A DNA stretch of 32,000 nucleotides from Candidatus Nanoclepta minutus. Lineage in GTDB: Archaea > Nanobdellota > Nanobdellia > Nanobdellales > Nanobdellaceae. A program made the translations under genes and the position numbers. The notes below the pieces were generated by a model that worked only from the letters and a program-made list of their open reading frames with translations, had not been told where the DNA came from and searched no databases. This document shows, in pieces, positions 7,768 through 16,245 of this stretch; within the stretch, counting starts at the first letter, position 1; the number at the start of each line of letters is the position of its first letter. Location of the stretch: the NCBI GenBank assembly GCA_003568775.1, contig MWMI01000002.1, positions 30,001-62,000 on the forward strand, given 5' to 3'.

Positions 7768-9018
7768 TCATCTTAGAAGACCATAACTTCTATATAGATT
7801 TTCTTTTTCCTCACTAAGCAAACCTAACCTTATACAACTCCTTGCAACTTCAGAAGAAATAGGCCTTGGCTTTGATCTCCCCATTAACCACCTTTTTATA
7901 GTATATAATTTTATACCTAGAGATTCTGCAATCTCAGAATAACTTTTCCCCATCATTCGAAGTTCTAACGCCTGGATATACTTATCATATCTCTCAAATT
8001 GTTTTTGTAAACGTGAATATATTGCTGGAATATAAGGAAGGAGCCTGTGAACATTCACCCTATAGTATCGCCCATTTTTTGTTAGCAACTTATAACATCT
8101 TAATATATTAAGCATAAATGAAACTTCAAATGACCTCCTGAATTTTAATTTTTGCATAATCTCGCCTACCGTATAGTATTCTTTACCAGATGGATCTAAA
8201 AATACTAAAAGTATTTGAGCTAGATGTAAATCTTTACCGATAAATTCTTCAGGATGTAATACCTTCAATTTTATTTTAGAGGGGAGATAAACGTCTACTT
8301 CTATTTCTCTCGCAATTTGAATAATATCTTCAAATAACCATAATTCTTCCCCATATACTACCCATTCCCTTTTAAATAATGGAATTCTTTTATGGGTTAT
8401 ATATTTCGAAAATTCCTCACTCTTTTTAAGAAGATATAAAGAAGGTATCCTTAAATTTTTAGAGATTTGCTCAAAGATCTTTATTTCCTCATTATTAAAA
8501 AATTCTTTAAAAGCTAGATCATTTAAAATTTCGTCTATATTAGAATAACCAAGTTTTCTGTACCATTCCTCAAAAGCAGCGGAAGGATGTCTATAGGGTT
8601 CTGTTAATTTCTTAAAAATCAACCAATAGTAATTATACATAGCTGCTTTTTCTTCATTTTTAAACAAAGTTTTAGTTTCGTTTTCTATCCAACCCTTTTC
8701 TTTCATGCTAGATAAAGCCGCACCTACTCTTCTATAAGGAGGATTATGACGATATCCATAAGGTAATAATATGCACCCTTCTGTAAGCAAACTAATAAGT
8801 GAAAATAAATCTATAAAGTATATACCATCTTTTCTTCTTTTTAATGCAGAATAAAGTATACCAGCTATATGTGTATTATAAATTTCTGCACTAACCTGAG
8901 GATTTTGGGGTTTTAATTCTATAAATCTAGTAGTGGGATAATTCACGAATCTTAAGATCTCATCTAATGAAGGTTCCTTTTTAATCTTATATTTACTTGT
9001 GTATTTAACTTTAAGCAT
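7768..9018 (-). CDS. Large hypothetical protein with an internal wHTH-like segment and a C-terminal HTH
   Basis: 416 aa. C-terminal GKSYSEIAESLGIKLYTIKRWL resembles resolvase/transposase/sigma-region-4 type HTHs. YYTVGEIMQKLKFRRSFEVSFMLNILRCYKLLTKNGRYYRV is wHTH-like. No catalytic motif recognised. Confidence 0.6.
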   Translation of the reverse strand: MLKVKYTSKYKIKKEPSLDEILRFVNYPTTRFIELKPQNPQVSAEIYNTHIAGILYSALKRRKDGIYFIDLFSLISLLTEGCILLPYGYRHNPPYRRVGAALSSMKEKGWIENETKTLFKNEEKAAMYNYYWLIFKKLTEPYRHPSAAFEEWYRKLGYSNIDEILNDLAFKEFFNNEEIKIFEQISKNLRIPSLYLLKKSEEFSKYITHKRIPLFKREWVVYGEELWLFEDIIQIAREIEVDVYLPSKIKLKVLHPEEFIGKDLHLAQILLVFLDPSGKEYYTVGEIMQKLKFRRSFEVSFMLNILRCYKLLTKNGRYYRVNVHRLLPYIPAIYSRLQKQFERYDKYIQALELRMMGKSYSEIAESLGIKLYTIKRWLMGRSKPRPISSEVARSCIRLGLLSEEKENLYRSYGLLR

Positions 9019-9253
9019 GGTTTCTTATATTTATCTAAAAAATATATTTTTTACTACTCGGTTAAAGATAAATATTTTAAAGTTTTATAATAACGTTTCT
9101 TAAACTACATATTAACATAAACTCGTTAAAAATACCCTATTATAAGGATAGAAATTGATAGAGGAATTAAAGAAGGTATCTAATGAATATAAGGAAGACT
9201 ATGGGAGGTTTGAGGAACTAAAGCTTTTAATAGAGAAGACGTATATTTGAAGA

Positions 9254-9385
9254 ATGGAAACCATAGGGATAAGTAAAGAAACACTCTATACAATTATAGT
9301 TATTTTGTTGATAATTGCTGCTACAGCAGTTTGTACGTATCTTATTGAAAATACTAATCCACCTAGCTGTAAGCCATGCTGCTAA
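9254..9385 (+). CDS. Candidate 43-aa single-TM peptide with a Cys-rich tail (below the ORF-track cutoff)
   Basis: ATG...TAA encodes METIGISKETLYTIIVILLIIAATAVCTYLIENTNPPSCKPCC. A 31-codon TTG ORF (9155-9250) lies in the same frame, separated by one TGA. Confidence 0.3.
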   Translation: METIGISKETLYTIIVILLIIAATAVCTYLIENTNPPSCKPCC

Positions 9386-9773
9386 TAACAGCTGGAGATA
9401 TCGTTTATAGTAAAAGTAAGTAGATTAAGCCAAGCGCATTAGTTATACAAAAAATTTGTGTTGCATTAAGAGTATTTATTCTAACAATAGAGTATTCTAT
9501 GATACTTAATTATTTGATCCGAAATTCCTAAGAAATCTCTTTATTTTTTCAATAATATAGGAATCCTTGTAGAGTAAGAGATTCTTAATAATGTAAAATT
9601 TTAATAAAAATTACTTCTCAAATCTTTATAAAATACTCATGCTAATAACTAAGATAATACCTTTAATTTAGCATCTTCAATTCTTCAAAATACAATTAAA
9701 TTCATTATGTTTTTGGTTATAAAAATTTTTAAAGATTAATTTACTATTAATTAGTATAACATAGCGACAATTT

Positions 9774-10907
9774 TTGATGGAGGCGGAAGACTTATTTAAG
9801 TTATTTAAGTTAGCTGAAGAAGAGAAAATGGCAGTGTTATTGATTGGAAAGTATGGCACAGGAAAGAGTAGTGTTGTTTACGAGTATGGCAAAAAGAGAG
9901 CAAAAGAGTTAGAGGGGGAATTAGCAATATGGCATGAACTAAGCGAGGAAGAAAAGGAGAAAGTTATTAAAAATGCAGGAAAGTATTATGTTATTGTAGA
10001 TATAAAAGGCCCTATGATTAGTCCAGAGAACTTAATAATGCCACTCCTAGTAGATGAAGAGTTAATATGGGAAACACCGTTATGGGTTAAAGTGTTTAAT
10101 AAGGAAGAATCAGCAGGAATATTATTAATTGATAATATAGACATGGCCCCAAGTGGGCTACAGAGTACTTTATCCGAATTAATATTACAAAGGAAAATAG
10201 CTGAGGATAGTTTAGAATCAAAAAATTTATTAGTAGCAGCAGTAGGAAACGACTCAGGAAGTAATGAGTATGCAAACGAGATACCAAAACAATTATTAAA
10301 CCGTTTCATTGTTGTAAACACAGATAATATTTTATTAAATGTTGATTACTGGGTTAAATGGGCTTTACAAAATGATATAGATAAAAGAGTTATTGATTAC
10401 GTATTATACAAAAATAACCTATTTACAATGGCCAGGGAACCATTAGGACAATCAACAACCCCAAGAACACTACACATATTATCAGACATGATAAAAAATG
10501 AAAACAATATGGAATATATAGAACTTGTTAGTAAAGCATCGTTAGAAGAGCATGATGCTTTAGAATTTACAGAATTCATAAAATTATACGAAAAACTCAA
10601 AGATTTAGAGAAATATGTAAAAAATACAGAGCTATTAAACGAATTAAACGAACAAGAATTATTTATTGTTTCTATGAAAATTACAGATATGTATTTAAAC
10701 AATAAAGTAGATGTAGATAAATACTTTAACTTTATTGAGAGCGTAGCAAAGAAGAGAAGAGAATACAGCTTAACAATGTATAAATACATTAAAGATATTG
10801 TAAAGAACTCTGAAAAAACAAATATGTTAATAGAGAAGATATTACAGCATAAAGATAGTGAAATGCACAAGCTATTCAATGAGCTTCTTACTTTTTCAAA
10901 GCTATAA
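9774..10907 (+). CDS. MoxR-like AAA+ ATPase with a helical C-terminal domain
   Basis: Walker A LLIGKYGTGKSS. The Walker B region ILLIDNIDMAPSGLQSTLSELILQRKI parallels MoxR hhhDEINRAxxxxQxxLLxxMxE. NRFIVV parallels the DRF motif. ATG at 9777 is the more likely start. Matched in-frame by a CRISPR spacer (see findings). Confidence 0.75.
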   Translation: MMEAEDLFKLFKLAEEEKMAVLLIGKYGTGKSSVVYEYGKKRAKELEGELAIWHELSEEEKEKVIKNAGKYYVIVDIKGPMISPENLIMPLLVDEELIWETPLWVKVFNKEESAGILLIDNIDMAPSGLQSTLSELILQRKIAEDSLESKNLLVAAVGNDSGSNEYANEIPKQLLNRFIVVNTDNILLNVDYWVKWALQNDIDKRVIDYVLYKNNLFTMAREPLGQSTTPRTLHILSDMIKNENNMEYIELVSKASLEEHDALEFTEFIKLYEKLKDLEKYVKNTELLNELNEQELFIVSMKITDMYLNNKVDVDKYFNFIESVAKKRREYSLTMYKYIKDIVKNSEKTNMLIEKILQHKDSEMHKLFNELLTFSKL

Positions 10908-10909
10908 AA

Positions 10910-10937
10910 TTTTATTTTTTTAAAATTTTTAATTTTT
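10910..10937 (+). terminator. Oligo-T tracts downstream of the ATPase gene (archaeal-type terminator candidate)
   Basis: TTTTATTTTTTT followed by AAAATTTTTAATTTTT directly after the TAA at 10905-10907. Confidence 0.3.
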
Positions 10938-10942
10938 GACGG

Positions 10943-13900
10943 CTTTCAATATTTCTAATTCTTCTGAAACATGTATCTCCAGCAACTGCATTAAGGTATA
11001 TAAGAAAATTCTTTCAATATTTCTAATTCTTCTGAAACACTCAGCAGTGATAAATGAAAATCTGCAAATCTAACTTTTCCTTTCAATATTTCTAATTCTT
11101 CTGAAACGTCTTTTATACCACATATAACGATTTTGATTATGAAAGTTTCAAAACTTTCAATATTTCTAATTCTTCTGAAACCTATAGTATATAGCTCCTG
11201 TATATTCTCTACCTAAATTCTTTCAATATTTCTAATTCTTCTGAAACAAAAGCAATATCCAAATGCAACGATACATTACCCAATCAGCTTTCAATATTTC
11301 TAATTCTTCTGAAACTTAATCTAGCCCAAAGCATCTTATTTAACAACCAAATTAACTTTCAATATTTCTAATTCTTCTGAAACAAACATTAGAGACAAAC
11401 CAGTATAACATAAGATTCTTACACTTTCAATATTTCTAATTCTTCTGAAACCTAACAGAACTATAGCTACAACGCTCGCCAATACTATCAACTTTCAATA
11501 TTTCTAATTCTTCTGAAACTTAGGATATTTAGTAATTCTTTAGCTTTTTGTTCTGCATTCTTTCAATATTTCTAATTCTTCTGAAACCTCATTAAGGCAC
11601 ACTATTTAGATATAATCCTAACAATATCTCTCAATATTTCTAATTCTTCTGAAACGTTTTAGTAGAAAGAGCAGATCCTCCAGAGGGGAAGTTATTACTT
11701 AACTTTCAATATTTCTAATTCTTCTGAAACTCTTAGATATTAACTCTTCTACTTGTCCATTATCTAACAACTTTCAATATTTCTAATTCTTCTGAAACGA
11801 ATAATGTTTTTTGTGTTTTCTTTTTGCATATATGCATTACTTTCAATATTTCTAATTCTTCTGAAACCTGAAAGAAAAGCTTTTGAGTCTGTTAGAAAGT
11901 TTTATGATGATGTGCTTTCAATATTTCTAATTCTTCTGAAACTAGCATGGGAGAGGTTGAATATAACCTGCTCGTAAGAATTCTTTCAATATTTCTAATT
12001 CTTCTGAAACAACTCTTTATATTCTACCTTTACTATTTCAGTTCTTATTTTCTTTCAATATTTCTAATTCTTCTGAAACGCAAACCATAGAAAATCCGAG
12101 ATAATCTTCTTTTTCATCATTCTTTCAATATTTCTAATTCTTCTGAAACATTAGATTATCAGTGAGCAAGGTTATTAGCGATTTGTTTTATAGCTTTCAA
12201 TATTTCTAATTCTTCTGAAACACTTAAACAAAGTGGATATAATACGACTATTGTATGAACTACTTTCAATATTTCTAATTCTTCTGAAACGAAAAGATAA
12301 TAATAAAAAACGATTTACCAGAATTTATAACTTTCAATATTTCTAATTCTTCTGAAACTGTTTACGAGTATGGAAAAAGAAGGGCTATGGAATTAGGGCT
12401 TTCAATATTTCTAATTCTTCTGAAACGCTCATGAGATGGCTTTAGTTGAGGCTCACATAAGAAAAGTCTTTCAATATTTCTAATTCTTCTGAAACACCTT
12501 CTCAAACCCAGCCGTCTCAACCTTCACAGCCTCCACACTTTCAATATTTCTAATTCTTCTGAAACATTCGGTTGGATATCCTCTAAGCTTATATTATGTT
12601 GAAAATCTTTCAATATTTCTAATTCTTCTGAAACTTAAATGAGAGGTTTGAAATAACAATAGATACAAGATACAACAAAATAGAAACTTTCAATATTTCT
12701 AATTCTTCTGAAACTTATTAAGATATACAGAGTTTATTATACTTTGCCTAACGGCCAACAAGACTTTCAATATTTCTAATTCTTCTGAAACTGGGCCAAA
12801 CTTGCATTTAGGCTAACATTTGCCTTAATATCAACTTTCAATATTTCTAATTCTTCTGAAACCTTTAGCAGGTTCTGAAAAAGCTTTAACTCCAGCCATT
12901 AGCTTTCAATATTTCTAATTCTTCTGAAACCTTTTATGGCATCAATTATAGTTTTAGATGTCTTATAGAACTTTCAATATTTCTAATTCTTCTGAAACAG
13001 GTTAGGTATAATAGATGAACAAACCTTAAGGACATATTTATCTCTTTCAATATTTCTAATTCTTCTGAAACCTTATATTGGTTCTGGTGGTTCTCTCTCT
13101 GTTTCAAATGGACTTTCAATATTTCTAATTCTTCTGAAACCATGTAGATATAGCAGACGCAGAATATATAACATTCTCTACTTTCAATATTTCTAATTCT
13201 TCTGAAACGAAGAGGAATTAAGAAAAGTTTTAGCATACGAAGTGTATAAGCTTTCAATATTTCTAATTCTTCTGAAACATGCTTCAATAAAAACATTATA
13301 AAACATGTATGCATATATTTCTTTCAATATTTCTAATTCTTCTGAAACGAATGGGATAGGTATCTATTAGGGAAGTTTTTTGCACTTTCAATATTTCTAA
13401 TTCTTCTGAAACCATTATAATAGATTCTCTTTTCCCTAAAGCTTGATGCCACTTTCAATATTTCTAATTCTTCTGAAACGGTTGTGGGTATGCCTATAAC
13501 TAAAGAGGACTTAAAAGAAACTTTCAATATTTCTAATTCTTCTGAAACTTAATGAAGTTTATAACTTATTAAGTGATATTAGAGAAGTTAACTTTCAATA
13601 TTTCTAATTCTTCTGAAACGTAGAAATCATAATTATCTATCACCATATTACCGTATTCCCTTTCAATATTTCTAATTCTTCTGAAACAATGATGTTCGGG
13701 CTCTTTACTTGATAAGAGTGTCTACCTTTCAATATTTCTAATTCTTCTGAAACACAACAGCAGACATTAACAGAATTGGAAAGACAGCATCTACTTTCAA
13801 TATTTCTAATTCTTCTGAAACCACATGTAGAATATCATTTTATTTGAATTTTGTTTCATGACTTTCAATATTTCTAATTCTTCTGAAACGCTCAAGTCTT

Positions 13901-13955
13901 ACCGTCTCCGCCATGTTTCTAATTTGGCTTTCAATATTTCTAATTCTTCTGAAAC
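10943..13955 (-). CRISPR. CRISPR array: 44 repeats of 28 nt and 43 spacers of 36-52 nt
   Basis: The plus-strand repeat is CTTTCAATATTTCTAATTCTTCTGAAAC, which is GTTTCAGAAGAATTAGAAATATTGAAAG on the minus strand. All repeat starts were located by hand and 44x28 plus the spacer sum equals 3013 nt. There is one variant repeat (11628-11655, T to C at 11630). The strand is inferred from the ATTGAAAG 3' end and the cas2-proximal leader. Confidence 0.97.
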
Positions 13956-14243
13956 CTTAGTCTAATCGCATCTTTTATGACCTATATTATTCAAAACAAG
14001 CTTAAAAACTTTATAAAGTTCTGAATGCAGATAGAAAACAAAGGTTATATAAACCCCTGCAGATATTTAAAAATATTTTCTATAAACTTCTTATGACCTG
14101 ATACTTTTAGTTATATTCGTTAAAAGCCTAAATCTAGCCTTAAATTTCTTATAACACAACAGAATCCTATTATATAAATATAAAAATGTATAGATAACTG
14201 ATCTATCCGAAACAATCTATACATCTTAGTAGCTATTTTGCAA
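13956..14243 (-). promoter_or_regulatory. Putative CRISPR leader with candidate TATA boxes
   Basis: A 288-nt AT-rich non-coding stretch between cas2 and the repeat at 13928-13955. TATA-like TTTATAAA at 14010-14017 and TTTATATAA (minus strand, 14045-14053). Motif TTATGACCT occurs twice (13975-13983 and 14091-14099). Confidence 0.55.
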
Positions 14244-14507
14244 TTAGTATATATCGAATTCTTTCTTGACACCAATCTCTATTCTATCCTTCAAATATCC
14301 CTGACCTGGCAGAACATAAATAATAATAGAATCCTCATCTTTATTTATCATCTTCTCAAGCATCTTTTTTATATAATACAGAGTACTTTCTCTTATCTCT
14401 CCTTCAAAAACAGAGTTCTGGACATGATTTAAATACTTTTTCAAAAACTCTCTAACCTCATTTTGTCTTTCAATGGAAATATCATAGACTATTATCGCAT
14501 AAACCAT
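14244..14507 (-). CDS. cas2: CRISPR-associated endoribonuclease Cas2
   Basis: 87 aa. The N-terminal MVYAIIVYDIS is the beta1 strand with the conserved Asp. Ferredoxin-like length and pattern. Adjacent to the leader and to cas1. Confidence 0.9.
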   Translation of the reverse strand: MVYAIIVYDISIERQNEVREFLKKYLNHVQNSVFEGEIRESTLYYIKKMLEKMINKDEDSIIIYVLPGQGYLKDRIEIGVKKEFDIY

Positions 14508-14553
14508 TCTTGTCTAATTATTTAAAAGGTATTAAAGTTAAAATTGTAGGAAT

Positions 14554-15564
14554 ATGAAAAACATCTATATTTTATCGATCGGAAAAGTATATAGAAAGAG
14601 TAATAATCTCTACTTTATTGATAAGGATAAGAACAAAAGAGTTATACCAATAGAAGGTATAAATGCTATATACATAATGAATAAGGTTAGCTTAACATCA
14701 AATGCTATTCAAATGATACTAAATAAAGGAGTTCCTGTTCATTTCTTTAAAGAAGATTCAAAAATAGGTACATTTTATTATTTAGGATCTCTTTTACCTA
14801 AACAGAAGAAACCTTCTGGAAAAGTTCATATAGAGCAAGTTAAGGCTTATATAAACGTTGAAAAGAGGTCCGAGATAGCTTTAGAGATAGTAGACGCAAT
14901 AAGGTATAACATGATAAAAGTTATTGAAAAGTATAGAGAAGTTTACGATTATACAAAAACCTTAAGGAATCTGGATGTTAGGAAAGAATTTGAACAAAAA
15001 ATGACGGATTGGAAGGATGCAACGAACGTTATAAGGGGTATAGAATCAAATATCTGGGTTATATTTTATGAAGCTTTGGATAAGATATTGAAGACTTATA
15101 AGTTAGAGAGGAGGACTAGAAGACCTCCTAAAAACGAAGCAAATACTATCTTATCCTTCTCAAATGCTTTGTTATATGCTACTGTACTAAATGAGATATA
15201 TAAAACGCATTTGGATCCCACGGTTGGGTTTTTACATGAACCTTATGAAAAGGGAAGGTTTTCCCTAGTTTTAGATTTAGCAGAACCCTTTAAACCTATT
15301 ATAAGCTGTAGAATACTAATTTGGTTAATAAATCAAGGGATAGTAAAGCCAGAATACTTTAAGAAGGATCTGATGGGTGTTATGTTAAATGAAAACGGAA
15401 AAAGAGTTGTAATAAAGGAATTTGAAAGTAGGATAAGAGAAACCATAAAGATAAAAGGAAAGGGTAGGAAATCTATGCTGATTTTTATAAGAAAACAGGC
15501 TTATAATTTGGAAAAGGCTTTGGTAGAGGATACAAAATTTAAGGCTTTTAGATTAGTGTATTAG
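14554..15564 (+). CDS. cas1: CRISPR-associated integrase Cas1
   Basis: 336 aa. GIESNIWVIFYEAL and VGFLHEPYEKGRFSLVLDLAEPFKP match the conserved Cas1 Glu/His/Asp region. Divergent from cas2 across 46 nt. Confidence 0.9.
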   Translation: MKNIYILSIGKVYRKSNNLYFIDKDKNKRVIPIEGINAIYIMNKVSLTSNAIQMILNKGVPVHFFKEDSKIGTFYYLGSLLPKQKKPSGKVHIEQVKAYINVEKRSEIALEIVDAIRYNMIKVIEKYREVYDYTKTLRNLDVRKEFEQKMTDWKDATNVIRGIESNIWVIFYEALDKILKTYKLERRTRRPPKNEANTILSFSNALLYATVLNEIYKTHLDPTVGFLHEPYEKGRFSLVLDLAEPFKPIISCRILIWLINQGIVKPEYFKKDLMGVMLNENGKRVVIKEFESRIRETIKIKGKGRKSMLIFIRKQAYNLEKALVEDTKFKAFRLVY

Positions 15565-15588
15565 TCTTATCCTATGAAGGTTCTAAGT

Positions 15589-16245
15589 TTATAGGAGAAT
15601 AATCTCCTTACTATTTATCTTAAGAACCTTTACTTCTTCTTTAAATTTTAAAATACCTTTAGCCACTATAAACCTTTCTAAAGCATTTTCTACTATTATA
15701 TCCGCTCTACTGTTATAAATGTCTATCAGATCAGATGGAACTAACTGATAATTTGGTATATTTATTTCATTTTTCTCTTCAATAGTACCTTCTTTGGATT
15801 CCAATTTCCAACTGTAAGCTAGATAATCATTTTGACCAGCAAAGGGATAGTAATTTATAGGATTTGGGTCAATTTCTAAATTAACTTCTTTTGGAACTAG
15901 ATAAAATATATATTTCGAATTAACTATTAGTTCTGTATTTGATGGAGGTCGTTCAAAACCTTTGCTTTTAATCTGGATTATTCGCTGTATCTCTATAGTT
16001 TTCTCGAAAGTTAATAATTCGGATCCTACTAGGAAGTTCTTTAATATATTTTCTTCTTCTTTTGATTTGTTTCTTTTTTTGATTTTCCAAAAAGAAATTG
16101 GTTCTTTAAAAAAAGCGTTAAAAATTGAAAATATAGCTTTTTTTCTTGGAATTAAGAAAGTTTTTCTAGTCTTAACTGTATATGGGATCTTAAAAAATGC
16201 CAGGGGAAATTCTATTTCTAAAATATATGCCCTTTCTTTATTCAT
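15589..16245 (-). CDS. cas5: Cas5 (type I Cascade subunit)
   Basis: 218 aa. The N-terminus AYILEIEFPLAFFKIPYTVKTRKTFLIPRKKAIFSIFNAFF is typical of the Cas5 RAMP N-terminus. Overlaps the cas7 stop by 8 nt. Confidence 0.8.
   Translation of the reverse strand: MNKERAYILEIEFPLAFFKIPYTVKTRKTFLIPRKKAIFSIFNAFFKEPISFWKIKKRNKSKEEENILKNFLVGSELLTFEKTIEIQRIIQIKSKGFERPPSNTELIVNSKYIFYLVPKEVNLEIDPNPINYYPFAGQNDYLAYSWKLESKEGTIEEKNEINIPNYQLVPSDLIDIYNSRADIIVENALERFIVAKGILKFKEEVKVLKINSKEIILL

Noticed and set aside
9545-9572. TTTTCAATAATATAGGAATCC resembles the start of the plus-strand CRISPR repeat (CTTTCAATATTTC).
   Set aside because: Only the first 8-9 nt match and the rest diverges completely.
9986-10879. 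Three minus-strand ORFs (9986-10321, 10096-10287, 10397-10879) inside the MoxR-like ATPase gene.
   Set aside because: These are low-complexity, hydrophobic antisense shadows of an AT-rich gene whose plus-strand product has clear ATPase motifs.
11896-11942. C/D-box-like arrangement: ATGATGA in a spacer followed by CTGA in the repeat.
   Set aside because: The CTGA is part of every CRISPR repeat and the ATGATGA is a chance spacer sequence. There are no D'/C' boxes or terminal stem.
12291-12330. The spacer next to the matching one (GAAAAGATAATAATAAAAAACGATTT...) loosely resembles 9951-9990 of the same ATPase gene (EKIIIKND versus EKVIKNAG).
   Set aside because: Only about 18/40 ungapped identity, which is close to AT-rich background. 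The peptide similarity needs a gap and is short.
12946-13314. 122-aa minus-strand ORF in the track.
   Set aside because: It reads straight through CRISPR repeats, giving the recurring peptides VSEELEILK and FRRIRNIES. It is an artefact of the repeat periodicity.
13333-13527. 64-aa minus-strand ORF in the track.
   Set aside because: Same artefact: a translation of CRISPR repeats and spacers.
13754-13793. A spacer encoding ...NRIGKTAS resembles the Walker A region (RRIGKTYF) of ATPase 4886-6154.
   Set aside because: The similarity is confined to about 15 nt of a universally conserved P-loop motif and the flanks do not align.
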